A stretch of DNA of 64,000 nucleotides, taken from assembly GCA_963665665.1 (NCBI GenBank), contig OY762428.1:4000001-4064000 (forward strand), in the 5' to 3' direction. Shown here piece after piece: positions 19,074 to 28,844 of this stretch. This DNA is from Candidatus Kapaibacterium sp. (GTDB lineage Bacteria; Bacteroidota; Ignavibacteria; Kapaibacteriales; UBA2268). The notes under the pieces were generated by a model. It had not been told where the DNA came from. It saw only the letters and a list, made by a program, of their open reading frames with translations, and ran no database searches. The first letter of the stretch is position 1, and each line of letters begins with the position of its first letter. The translations under genes and the position numbers were made by a program.

Positions 19074-20423
19074 CTACAGTCCCATTATTAATATGGCTAT
19101 GTTGAAATATATGATCATACCTGTAACGTCGATAAATGTTGCTATGAAAGGGCTGGATATAACAGCAGGATCGAGTTTTAACTTTTCCAGGGCCATTGGC
19201 AGTAATGCGCCGATAAGATTAGCCCATATTACAAGTATAAGCATTGAAGAACTTATAACAATTGCCAGATTCATACTGTCTTTACCTTCAAAATACCCTC
19301 TGAAATAGGTAACACAACCTAAGGCCAAACCAAGTAACAGTCCGATAAATAATTCTTTTCGGAAAACTTTAAGCCAGTCATTGATTTCAATGTCGTTTGT
19401 TGCCAGGCTTCGGATTATCAGCGTTGAAGACTGTGTGCCGGTATTACCGGCAGTTCCTATCAGCATTGGAATGAAAAAAGTCAAGGCCACTACAGCTTCG
19501 ATTATTTCAGAGTAAACTGATATTACTGCTGCTGTTATAAAATTGGCTAAAAGCAAACCAAGAAGCCAGGGAAATCTTTTCGACCATAAACGCCATGATG
19601 ATGCGTTAAGATATGCCTGGTCAACGGGATTGATCGCTGATATTTTCTGAAAGTCCTCTGTGGCCTCTTCTTCAGATATATCCATGATATCATCGAAAGT
19701 AACTATACCAACAAGCTTTCCTTCCGAGTCAACAACGGGGAGGGCGGAAATATCATATTTTTCCATGGTGTGTACAGCTTCTTCCTGATCGTCGAAGGCT
19801 GAAAGGCTTACTACATTATAGTCAGCAATATCAGCTATTGTCTGCTTATCGTTAGCAAGAATAATGTTTCTAAGCAGTATATCATCAAGAAGCTTACCGG
19901 ATCTGTCAGTAACATATATTCTGTTTACGGTTTCACTATCTTTGCCGAACATTCTGATTTGATTCAAAGAATCCTTAATTGTCCATTCAGGGCGCACCGC
20001 AACAAAATCAGGAGTCATCAGCCTGCCAATACTTTCTTCGGGGTATCCGAGCAGCTCCCTGGCTTCTTTCAGATCCTCCGGACTAAGTAAATTTAAAAGC
20101 GACCTGGTTACTTTTGCAGGTAATTCCTCAAGCAGTGAAGTTCTGTCATCAGGATTCAGGTCGGCGAGAAGTTCTCTGGTTTCCTGATCAGTCATTTCAA
20201 TTAGAAGCACCTCCCGCTGTTCGTGCTCCATATAGGTGAAAACATCAGTAGCAAGGTCCCTGGGCAGGGCCCTGAAAAGTAGTACCCTGTTGTATTTATC
20301 GATATCAAGAACAAGGTCGGCAATTTCAGGAGCAGGCCATGAAGAAAGTATATCTTTAAGATCCATCCATTTATGATTGTGGATCAGCTCTTTTATCTCC
20401 GGTTTCAATAGTTCTTTCAGCAT
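19074..20423 (-). CDS. mgtE: Magnesium transporter MgtE
   Basis: MgtE N-domain, CBS pair, PMLIGTAGNTGTQ, DPAVISSPFIATFID; ATG at 20423 with GGAG RBS. Confidence 0.95.
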   Translation of the reverse strand: MLKELLKPEIKELIHNHKWMDLKDILSSWPAPEIADLVLDIDKYNRVLLFRALPRDLATDVFTYMEHEQREVLLIEMTDQETRELLADLNPDDRTSLLEELPAKVTRSLLNLLSPEDLKEARELLGYPEESIGRLMTPDFVAVRPEWTIKDSLNQIRMFGKDSETVNRIYVTDRSGKLLDDILLRNIILANDKQTIADIADYNVVSLSAFDDQEEAVHTMEKYDISALPVVDSEGKLVGIVTFDDIMDISEEEATEDFQKISAINPVDQAYLNASSWRLWSKRFPWLLGLLLANFITAAVISVYSEIIEAVVALTFFIPMLIGTAGNTGTQSSTLIIRSLATNDIEINDWLKVFRKELFIGLLLGLALGCVTYFRGYFEGKDSMNLAIVISSSMLILVIWANLIGALLPMALEKLKLDPAVISSPFIATFIDVTGMIIYFNIAILIMGL

Positions 20424-20631
20424 GACTTTCTCCGGTTTTTTCCATTCCTTTGCAAAAATATTATTGCAAATTAAGCATAATTCTCTATTTTTGCCTTGCA
20501 AATTTTGCGCAGCTGTTTGAAAACGGGTTTAGAAAATTATTTTCTTTGTGTGGAAAGATTTTTCTTGTTTTGTATTTAGAAAACTCTTATATTTGAAATC
20601 TATGTTAAATACTAAATTTTATGGGTGTTAA

Positions 20632-20898
20632 ATGGCGCATCATAAGTCGGCAATAAAAAGAATAAAGCAATCAAATAAACGCAGAATTTATAACAGGCAG
20701 CACAAGAAAGCCGTTAAATATGCTATCAGAGACGTTCGTGAAGCTACAAATTTCGAAGTAGCCTGGGAAAAATTTAAATTAGCAACAAAAGTACTTGACA
20801 GGGCAGCAGCTCAGGGCGTTGTTCACAAAAACAATGCTGCACGGCGCAAATCACGCCTTGCTAAATTTGTTGGCAAACTCAGGAATGTTGAAGCATAA
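20632..20898 (+). CDS. rpsT: 30S ribosomal protein S20
   Basis: MAHHKSAIKRIKQS...GVVHKNNAARRKSRLAK. Confidence 0.97.
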   Translation: MAHHKSAIKRIKQSNKRRIYNRQHKKAVKYAIRDVREATNFEVAWEKFKLATKVLDRAAAQGVVHKNNAARRKSRLAKFVGKLRNVEA

Positions 20899-20920
20899 TT
20901 CCTGATAATTAAAAATTTCT

Positions 20921-20994
20921 GCACCCGTGGCTCAACTGGATAGAGCACCTGACTACGGATCAGGAGGTTACAGGTTCGAATCCTGTCGGGTGTA
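20921..20994 (+). tRNA. tRNA-Arg(ACG)
   Basis: Acceptor GCACCCG/CGGGTGT, anticodon arm CCTGA-CTACGGA-TCAGG, T-arm ACAGG-TTCGAAT-CCTGT; CCA not encoded. Confidence 0.97.
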
Positions 20995-21001
20995 CGAAAT
21001 A
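20953..21001 (+). repeat. attL core (49 bp)
   Basis: ctacggatcaggaggttacaggttcgaatcctgtcgggtgtacgaaata, identical to 44865-44913. Confidence 0.95.
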
Positions 21002-21004
21002 AAT

Positions 21005-21037
21005 AAGCCGCTACAGTTAGTTCTGTAGCGGCTTTTT
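21005..21037 (+). terminator. Element-borne terminator after tRNA-Arg
   Basis: aagccgctacag/ctgtagcggctt stem plus T-run. Confidence 0.85.
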
Positions 21038-21090
21038 GCGTTTTTTGATTTCGTTTTTTCTTCTTTTTTTCTTTGGCTAATTTTAACCAA

Positions 21091-21155
21091 TTCTACCTTT
21101 TTCTACTGTTTTCTACCGTTTTTAGTAGAACATTGGTAGAACATTAGTAGAACGT
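21091..21155. repeat. Putative integrase arm-type sites at attL
   Basis: 3x TTCTAC with 10-bp period, then 3x tRGTAGAACrt with 11-bp period; same motif at 44795-44816. Confidence 0.7.
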
Positions 21156-21158
21156 TTT

Positions 21159-22229
21159 TTAAAACTTTTCCTCCAATATATCTTTCAATACATCAGTATA
21201 TTTCTTTGTGTACTTTCTGTATGTCAAATTTATATCGGTGTGCCGCATCAGATTTGCAGTGTTTTTTAATGACACCCCGGAATTAATTAATTTATTGCTG
21301 AATGTATTTCTCAGCCTGTGGAAGGATTCCCCAGGAACATAATACCCCAATTTCTTGCACACATTGTTAAATTTTTTTGTCAAATTTGATTTCGACACAG
21401 CCTCCCATTTAAATACCTTTTGTTTCTTAGCACCGTATCTTGATTGTGCAATCTGGTACTGCTCCAACAATAACTCACTTATATTTTTTGTAATAGGGAA
21501 AGTATCAATCACTTCCTTATTTATTTTATTTGGCACTTCGATAATCCCTGTTTCAAAATTTATGTCTGTAAACTTCATGTTAAGCGTTTCACTAATTCTA
21601 AATCCTGTCATATACATAAAACGTATAAGATTATTAAACTCTCTGTCCGGCCTGTAATTTGTTCCTTCCATTGTTTCCAGAAAATTAAATATATGTTCCA
21701 TTTCCTCATCAGAAAATGGCTCTTTGGGCTTATTCTGTACTTTTTTCATAAATTCATTACATATATTCGTTTTCTTGATATACTCTTCGCTAATACAATA
21801 ATTCACAAAAGTACGAATATGCCGCAATGCAGTGTTTTTCGATACAACCTGCATATCGGAATTCAATACAAAACTATTTATCATTTTTTCGAGTATTTTC
21901 TTTGATAATATTTCATCAGGTTTCTCAATAACCTTGCAATATGCCCAATCATAATTTCTCATCGTTTTCGGGGCCCGCCCCTTTGCTGTCTGCCTGTCCA
22001 TAAATTCCTGCCAGGCCTGTGCTATTGTTTTTTGCTTTGCCGCCGCGTCTTCAAACTGCCCGGTTATCTGTTGGCGGTAATACTCGTCCTTCAGCTTGTA
22101 AGCAAGCGCGTAACCCTGCTTGTCAGCATTCAGCCCTGTTTTATACCATTTATTAGATATTTTGATATACAGTTTGTTTCTTTTCTGTACTACGCTCCCC
22201 GGTGAACTTGCTCCGCGTTTCCTTGCCAT
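21159..22229 (-). CDS. Tyrosine recombinase/integrase
   Basis: TGFRISE, FHRLRNTF and LMRHTDINLTYRKY catalytic motifs; ATG 22229 with AGGAGG RBS. Confidence 0.93.
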   Translation of the reverse strand: MARKRGASSPGSVVQKRNKLYIKISNKWYKTGLNADKQGYALAYKLKDEYYRQQITGQFEDAAAKQKTIAQAWQEFMDRQTAKGRAPKTMRNYDWAYCKVIEKPDEILSKKILEKMINSFVLNSDMQVVSKNTALRHIRTFVNYCISEEYIKKTNICNEFMKKVQNKPKEPFSDEEMEHIFNFLETMEGTNYRPDREFNNLIRFMYMTGFRISETLNMKFTDINFETGIIEVPNKINKEVIDTFPITKNISELLLEQYQIAQSRYGAKKQKVFKWEAVSKSNLTKKFNNVCKKLGYYVPGESFHRLRNTFSNKLINSGVSLKNTANLMRHTDINLTYRKYTKKYTDVLKDILEEKF

Positions 22230-22508
22230 TGTGCCCTCCTGTTTTGAAAATAAATTGCGACACCGTTTTTTTGATGCTATAATCAAAGCCAGAATCAATT
22301 TCAATCCAAGTTCTCTTAAGCTCTTCAGCCCAAAATTATGAAGTGAAATGTTGATATTTTTTAATTATTCAATAAATCTATGTTACAATTAACATAGTTG
22401 TTTGAATACATATTTCCAAATTTATCTTTGCAAAAAAAATATTAAAATCAGATTAAAATTTTTAAGTCTAAAAATCACAATTAATTGAATTTTATAGAAT
22501 CCTCTCCC

Positions 22509-22537
22509 TTGCCTTTTTCAAGAATATTAACGATATT
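22509..22537 (+). promoter_or_regulatory. Sigma70-like promoter, copy A
   Basis: TTGCCT-N17-GATATT; related copies at 28831 and 29986. Confidence 0.55.
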
Positions 22538-22615
22538 GAAGCTGAATGTTCGTTAGGGAAAATTTCGCTTTTAGCTTGTACAAAATTGATAGTTCCATTT
22601 TTTTTGACTTTTATT

Positions 22616-23071
22616 ATGCAAAAAGATAACAAAACTTATAGTATCACTGATCTGGTCGAAGCTTACAGGCAATTTATTAGGTATCAGAATAACGAGAACT
22701 TCCAGTATCATGTTGAAAATTATCGGGCAATGAGCAAAGCTTTTGGGATATTCTTTGAAAATAAAATACCTGACAGGGTATTGGAAGATTACAGAAATTG
22801 GTTTGAAAGATCAATCATGGACAGCCTGAAAAGCCTCAGCCCTTTCAATGGTCTTCTGGAAGCTCCGAAGCATATTATCAAGCTTTTCAAATCCCAAGGT
22901 GGTCACTTCAAGCAAATTGAAGATGATTTTATGATTGCACACAGAAATTTTCAAATACACCTGGTAGAATTGATGTTTGGAAAAGTTGAAAAATCTGTAA
23001 CCTCGGATGACCTGCTGGAAAATGGTTTTGATGACAGACGTGAAGCTCCTGATCCATTTGATTATTCGTAG
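22616..23071 (+). CDS. Hypothetical protein
   Basis: Open frame downstream of promoter copy A; ATG at 22616 (track start 22586). Confidence 0.65.
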   Translation: MQKDNKTYSITDLVEAYRQFIRYQNNENFQYHVENYRAMSKAFGIFFENKIPDRVLEDYRNWFERSIMDSLKSLSPFNGLLEAPKHIIKLFKSQGGHFKQIEDDFMIAHRNFQIHLVELMFGKVEKSVTSDDLLENGFDDRREAPDPFDYS

Positions 23072-23088
23072 AATTGTAGTACATTCGA

Positions 23089-23161
23089 TTTTCTTTACCC
23101 CAAGTTAAAAAATTACTGTCATTTCTAAAATATCGGTACAACAATAACCATTCAGTCGGTA
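23089..23161. repeat. ~72-bp dispersed repeat, copy 1
   Basis: 32-bp core ttttctttaccccaagttaaaaaattactgtc identical to 26568-26599. Confidence 0.8.
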
Positions 23162-23327
23162 AACTTTGAATGTTTTATGCGCTAAACAAAAATGAAAACT
23201 GTTTGTAGGAAAATATTTGTTCAGATCATTGAATTAAGCTCCCAATTGACTGATTTGTTATTTTGAAATAAATTCGTATATTAAATTGTTATTTCTACTT
23301 CTTTTGTTTGAAAAATCAGGTGCCATT

Positions 23328-24455
23328 ATGAAGAGGTTCATACCATTTTTATTTATTTCCATTTTAACTTTAATTGAAGTTCAAGCTCAATGTGTTGAAG
23401 GAGATTGTCAGGACGGCTATGGTGTTTTAAATACTCAGGGTGAAATTTATAAAGGAGAATTTAAGAACGGAAAGATGAATGGCAAAGGCAAATATATCTG
23501 GCCTAATGGAAATTATTTAGAAGGAATATTTGTTGACGATTATCTTGAAGGCCTTGGATATAGTTATTATGCATCTGATAGTACACTATACAAGGGGATG
23601 TTCCATAAAGACAAATTGCAGGACGGACATGTTGTAGTTTTTCGGAATGGAGATACAGTCTATGTAGGGGATATGGTTAATTCTAAATACAATGGTAAAG
23701 GAAAAATATTTCTACCGAATGGAGATATTTATCAGGGTGATTGGAAGAATGATAAAATGGATGGAAATGGTACATATTTTTATAAAAATGGGAATTATTA
23801 TACTGGCGGGTTTCGAGACAATTTGTTTCATGGCAAGGGAAAATGCTTGAATGGAAGTGTTCTTTACGATGGCGATTGGGTCAATGATGTTATTGATGGA
23901 GATGGAATTTATATTTATCAAAATGGTGATAAATATGAAGGAGGATGCTATAAATGGATGAAACATGGAAGGGGAACTTTGACATATAAAAGTGGTGGAA
24001 AAATGATCGGCCAATGGGAATTAGATGTTTTTGTAACCGGAAACGAAATTGATAAATATCAGACAAGTGTCGTTTTTTTGGAACATTCTGAATCCGGAAT
24101 TTATTTTATTCCGGTAAAGCTCAATGACAAAATTGAAATTAATATGATATTGGATACAGGCGCTTCAGAATTGTTTTTAACTCCTGATATTGTTCTAACT
24201 TTGATCAGAACCGGAACCTTAACAGAAGATGATATTATGGAAGGTGGTACATTTACTGATGCCAATGGTGATTTAAACTATCATGTTCGGTTCAATATTA
24301 AAAGTGTTAAAATCGGAGATTTTACTTTTGATAATGTTTCTGCTGCAATAGCTAACCAGGTAATGGCATCAAACCTATTAGGCCAAAATGTATTAAATCA
24401 ACTAAAAAGGTTTACATTTGATTATGTCACTGCTACTATGATTTTGTATCGGTAA
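23328..24455 (+). CDS. Secreted MORN-repeat protein with C-terminal retropepsin-like aspartyl protease
   Basis: Signal peptide, multiple YxGxW/FxxxxxxGxG repeats, ILDTGAS, LLGQNVL. Confidence 0.88.
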   Translation: MKRFIPFLFISILTLIEVQAQCVEGDCQDGYGVLNTQGEIYKGEFKNGKMNGKGKYIWPNGNYLEGIFVDDYLEGLGYSYYASDSTLYKGMFHKDKLQDGHVVVFRNGDTVYVGDMVNSKYNGKGKIFLPNGDIYQGDWKNDKMDGNGTYFYKNGNYYTGGFRDNLFHGKGKCLNGSVLYDGDWVNDVIDGDGIYIYQNGDKYEGGCYKWMKHGRGTLTYKSGGKMIGQWELDVFVTGNEIDKYQTSVVFLEHSESGIYFIPVKLNDKIEINMILDTGASELFLTPDIVLTLIRTGTLTEDDIMEGGTFTDANGDLNYHVRFNIKSVKIGDFTFDNVSAAIANQVMASNLLGQNVLNQLKRFTFDYVTATMILYR

Positions 24456-24518
24456 AAAATTTGACAAATTCAGATACTATTTCAATATAAAAAATTGTTC
24501 ACATTATTGGGGTTAATT

Positions 24519-25688
24519 ATGCAGGATGATACTTATTCAGAACTCGAATTAAGAATTAAAAGTATTGAGAAGAAACAGAAAAGAAGCAAATTTACAAATC
24601 TATTCCTGTTACTAATAATCATATCCGGGTTAATGTATGGTTTCCAAATTACCCAAAAATTTAAAACACTGGAAGTTGAAAAACTAGTTTTAATTGACAG
24701 TCTTGGTAAACAAAGAGTTGTAATGATGATTGATGAAAAATTTGATCCTAAGTACCAAATGTTTAATAAGAATGGAGATGAAGTATTTGATTTAAGTTTG
24801 GTAAGAGATAAGGCTAATATAAATATGCGTTTTATCGATTCAAATAAAAACGAATCAGTATTATTGTTAAATTCAACTGAATGCATATTAAAAAATGATA
24901 CTAATTGTGCCATTCATTTAACAACTGAATATGATTTAAGTCCTTATATTTTTATTTATCGTAAGGATAATTCTGGTTCAAGTTTCTCATCCGATATAAA
25001 AGCATCATCTATACAAATGGTACATGCCAAAAACGGAGAATCAAACAATTATATCTACATTAAAAATTTTGGTGAAGGTGATTCTCTTGGAATAAAAATT
25101 TCAAAACATTCCTCCGAAAGAGATAGTATGTTTGCGGAAGCCATTGAAGTTAAAATTGAAAACTTTGGCCCTCAAATCCATATGTACGACTATAATAAAA
25201 CTACTTTAAAGTACAGATACCGTCAATTGTTAACCAACTATGGAAATAAATGTGTTTGTAGTCTCGATAGTACTAAATTGGTTTTTGGATATGATTGGTC
25301 AGATTCTTGGAGAAGTAGATTGGTTCATACCCAACCGGGTATGAGAATTTACGATAGAATTAATTCATTGCGCTATATGTCAGGTATTACATATGATAAA
25401 AATATGGTCTATACATCTTACTATGGTAAATCATCTTCTGATATAACTATTATTGGCAATCTTCAAAACAATGGTTTTTTGGATTTTTATAAAAATGATC
25501 GTACGAGAATATCTTTGAACTTTACAGATTATGGCGTACCAAGTATATCTATGTTTGACTATTATGGTAATATTCGATTAAACCTTGGAGGAATTAAAAC
25601 CACAAGAAATGGCAGGTCAATTAATAATTACGAATCTTCAATATTTCTATTTAATGAAAAAGGAAATGGACTTTTTTCAGCCCCGTAA
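24519..25688 (+). CDS. Membrane-anchored beta-rich hypothetical protein
   Basis: N-terminal short coiled coil plus TM helix; LxDxxGKxR-type repeats. Confidence 0.7.
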   Translation: MQDDTYSELELRIKSIEKKQKRSKFTNLFLLLIIISGLMYGFQITQKFKTLEVEKLVLIDSLGKQRVVMMIDEKFDPKYQMFNKNGDEVFDLSLVRDKANINMRFIDSNKNESVLLLNSTECILKNDTNCAIHLTTEYDLSPYIFIYRKDNSGSSFSSDIKASSIQMVHAKNGESNNYIYIKNFGEGDSLGIKISKHSSERDSMFAEAIEVKIENFGPQIHMYDYNKTTLKYRYRQLLTNYGNKCVCSLDSTKLVFGYDWSDSWRSRLVHTQPGMRIYDRINSLRYMSGITYDKNMVYTSYYGKSSSDITIIGNLQNNGFLDFYKNDRTRISLNFTDYGVPSISMFDYYGNIRLNLGGIKTTRNGRSINNYESSIFLFNEKGNGLFSAP

Positions 25689-25704
25689 TAAAGAAAGCAA
25701 ATAA

Positions 25705-26454
25705 ATGAAAATAGAAGAAATAAATAAAATGATCGAAGAAAAGAAAAAATCTGAAACGTTAATGTATTTTAGTGAAATTGATAATGCAGTTGATTCCTTA
25801 GAAACAGCTGTTTTTTTAATTGACAGAGATGATTCCGGCAAGTGGAAATGGGTATCTTTGTGTATTTATCATTCTCTGTATAATTTTTGCATTGCTTCAC
25901 TAACAAATGGATTTTCCGGGAATGTTCTTCAAGATAAAAGAGGTAAAATATTTTATTCTCGTGATGAAGTTAATTGGAAAAAGGCAGTATGGAAAAAAAT
26001 TGATGGTACAACGTTTGGAAGAATACAATGGAATGATGTAACGGATAAGTCGGAACTACCGAAGATCGATAATAATATTCCAAATACTGATGAAGTGTTT
26101 TACGAATATGAAAAGAATGATTTGATTTCTTTTCAATGTGCCTTGTCCCGAGTAATGGATCAGGAATACTGGATGGGAAGGTATTATGATCAAAAAGGAC
26201 TCAAATTATCCGATGAGGAAATTAAAGATATTGATAAAATTCATAAACTTAGGAATGATTTTATTCATTTTAAACCCAAACTGGTAATATATGATATTGA
26301 AACAATAAAAAAGAAATTAGAAATTTATTTGAAAGCTATAACATTTCTCGTTTTTGATTCTAATTCAATATTGGAAATTGGAGAAAAACCTTTTAGAGAC
26401 AGAGTTGAGGAATTATTACATAAACTGAGTATAGAACTTGATATTCAGAACTGA
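25705..26454 (+). CDS. Hypothetical protein with HEPN-like RxxxxH motif
   Basis: LRNDFIHF near the C-terminus; helical N-terminus KWVSLCIYHSL. Confidence 0.65.
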   Translation: MKIEEINKMIEEKKKSETLMYFSEIDNAVDSLETAVFLIDRDDSGKWKWVSLCIYHSLYNFCIASLTNGFSGNVLQDKRGKIFYSRDEVNWKKAVWKKIDGTTFGRIQWNDVTDKSELPKIDNNIPNTDEVFYEYEKNDLISFQCALSRVMDQEYWMGRYYDQKGLKLSDEEIKDIDKIHKLRNDFIHFKPKLVIYDIETIKKKLEIYLKAITFLVFDSNSILEIGEKPFRDRVEELLHKLSIELDIQN

Positions 26455-26567
26455 AATTTCGATTCGTTAGTTTGGTCAGAAAAAAAAAACCGGTAGCTTG
26501 TCACTGCCGGGGTTTTCGACTATCAGGCCAATGCTCTGTTTTTAAAAATCCAAGAAGAAACCACAGG

Positions 26568-26639
26568 TTTTCTTTACCCCAAGTTAAAAAATTACTGTCT
26601 TTTCAAGAATACTGGTACACTAACAACTGTTTATCGGTA
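26568..26639. repeat. ~72-bp dispersed repeat, copy 2
   Basis: Matches 23089-23161. Confidence 0.8.
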
Positions 26640-26820
26640 CACACGACTGCTGGTTGTGCAACAGGTGGTTGGCAACTCAGCTAACTATATAAATCACATC
26701 TGACTCCTGTTAGTAATTATATTCAAAAATATTACGGCTTTTCTGCTCGATGTATTAAAGATTGAACTTTATAGAAACATCACCTTTTTTAACATACAAT
26801 ACCAGTACAATAAATTATAC

Positions 26821-26848
26821 AAAAAAGCCGGGAATTTCTTCCCGGCTT
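26821..26848 (-). terminator. Rho-independent terminator for the 27061..28041 gene
   Basis: aagccgggaa/ttcccggctt stem with A-tract on the left. Confidence 0.75.
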
Positions 26849-26974
26849 GCTAAGGAACGCATGGCAAAGCAAAAACCAATAGAAAATAAGGAGCTAAAGA
26901 AGCTATTCTGAGTACATTATGCCATGATATTCCGTGAAATTTCAGTGAAAACGGCGTAGCAGTGCGATTTTCGC

Positions 26975-27102
26975 GCAACTTTTCAGCAACTTTTTGTTGA
27001 TTATCTGCAACAAAGAGCACTGCGTCGCAACTTTTATCAACTTTCTGCAACATTCTGCAATTATTCGCCTGTTGCATCCGTTTTACCGGAACTATCTGCA
27101 AC
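26975..27102. repeat. Helically phased GCAAC repeat array
   Basis: Copies at 26975, 26986, 27007, 27027, 27037 (TCAAC), 27047, 27057 (GCAAT) and 27098; inverted copy at 27071. Confidence 0.7.
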
Positions 27103-28041
27103 AAACGAGTCTAAATCATCATCAAAGTCATCCAAATCGGGCAAATCAGGATAAGTTGCATAGTCAACAGGCTCGGGTTGCTGATAGTTTGCCTGTTGTT
27201 GCATTGGCGTTGCAGCCTGTTGCTGTTTGGCAGCGAACATATTCGAAAATGTATTGACAAGTTTCGGCGCGATGCTCGGCCCGATGTTCTCGCCCAGGCT
27301 TTTAAGCAACTCGGACACACCCGGTTTGTCGAGCAGGCCGGAAAGTCCGCCGCTTTCTTTATCTGAGTTCTTACGCAGTTCTGCAATTACCCTGTCGATT
27401 TCTAATTGGATTTCGTCGCCGAATTCAATTATCCTGTTCTCAACCATCTCAGTAATCAAATTCCGGATTTCTTCCTTATTAGTTTTCAGCTTTTCATCCA
27501 TTACAATTTCAAGGTTAAAAGCCTGATCCTGAATTTTACCGTTAATATTATTCTGGAAGTTCTCGAACAGGTATTTCATGTGGTCAACCTCGCGGATAAC
27601 CTGCATATTCTTCAGCCTTTCGTCCTGAAGCTCCTGCGTCAGGTTATAATTTCGGCTTTCCAGCTTATCCATCTTACTTTCTCCCTTACGCACTTCATTT
27701 GTCAGGTATCGTGTATATTCATCGTCGTTTAATTGTTCCATCGGATTTTCCTTAGTTTTTGAGGCAGGTTTCAGTTGTTTCTCGTATTCCATTGTCTGCT
27801 TAATTCTGTTAATCGCGTCAGGGGCGTACTCGGCAGCTCCTCCGGTTTCGGTAAGGCCCTGCACGAAGTTCTGCACAATGTTTGCCGGAACCAGTTCCTG
27901 CTTTTTTCGTTCCATTCTGGAAATCTGACTTTTACTGCTCATGTTAAGAAGCCGTGCAGCATTTTCCTGGCTAAGCCCGAAATATTCCCTCAGCCGTCGG
28001 AATTCTTCTCCTGTCAGTGGAGGTAGGTTGTCGTGAAACAT
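27061..28041 (-). CDS. XRE-type HTH protein with central coiled coil and low-complexity Q/D-rich tail
   Basis: FRRLREYFGLSQENAARLLNMSSKSQISRMER; heptad-rich middle region. Confidence 0.8.
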   Translation of the reverse strand: MFHDNLPPLTGEEFRRLREYFGLSQENAARLLNMSSKSQISRMERKKQELVPANIVQNFVQGLTETGGAAEYAPDAINRIKQTMEYEKQLKPASKTKENPMEQLNDDEYTRYLTNEVRKGESKMDKLESRNYNLTQELQDERLKNMQVIREVDHMKYLFENFQNNINGKIQDQAFNLEIVMDEKLKTNKEEIRNLITEMVENRIIEFGDEIQLEIDRVIAELRKNSDKESGGLSGLLDKPGVSELLKSLGENIGPSIAPKLVNTFSNMFAAKQQQAATPMQQQANYQQPEPVDYATYPDLPDLDDFDDDLDSFVADSSGKTDATGE

Positions 28042-28303
28042 AATTTGTCTTTCTATTATTAATTATATGTTCGTGTTTCATGTTTGATTGAAGCTATTCA
28101 TGAATATAATTATCTTATAGTTAGTAATAAAATAATTTATATTCGTTTTAAAAATTCTGCCTTCATAATCGCTCTCAGAGCCATTTTAGCCGCAGTCTTC
28201 GATTAAAACCATAGCCCTGCATCCAAATCATCACAATGGTTAAATACGGCGCTAATTCCAAGTCCGGCAGTAATTTCCCCGATTATATCCCCAAATATGG
28301 CTT

Positions 28304-28690
28304 TCATAGTTCCTCCTGGGCATTCGGGAACAACTTCGGGGCATTTTCGAGGAAACGGAAAAGCTCGTCCGTGAGTTCTTTCAGGATTTCATCACTAATC
28401 TTGAATTCATTCATGCAGGCAAACGCCAACATAAGAAAATCCTGAAGATAGCTGCGATAGAAATCAGGGCTGGCAAGAACGTCGTGCTCCATGCTCAGGC
28501 GTTTTGTTTCGTGCTGCTTTCTAAGCATATCGGCAAGGTGGTCAATGGCCTCTTTTTCCGGTGCAAGAGGGAAAAGTATTGCTGCCGGTAAATTATTTTT
28601 CGTCAGGCAGGCAAAACCCAGCTTTTCACTCACCCTTACGAGCTGTGAAATTCCCATTTTCGAGGCTTCGTTCATTGCGAAATTTTGCAT
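28304..28690 (-). CDS. Phd/YefM-like N-terminal domain protein
   Basis: MQNFAMNEASKMGISQLV...LTKNNLPAAILFPL resembles the Phd fold pattern. Confidence 0.55.
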   Translation of the reverse strand: MQNFAMNEASKMGISQLVRVSEKLGFACLTKNNLPAAILFPLAPEKEAIDHLADMLRKQHETKRLSMEHDVLASPDFYRSYLQDFLMLAFACMNEFKISDEILKELTDELFRFLENAPKLFPNAQEEL

Positions 28691-28844
28691 AATGGTCTAA
28701 CCTTGTTTATTATTGTAAAATACTGTTAAGCCCATAAAAAACAATGGCTTATAGTTATAATATACGAAAAATATTTCAATATATTTCAATGTATATGAAA
28801 ATTTATTTTAAGATTTGTATATTCCTTCCCTTGCCTTTTTCAAG

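Noticed and set aside
26850-27104. 84-aa minus-strand ORF
   Set aside because: It is probably a by-product of the GCAAC array, with no RBS or recognisable motif.
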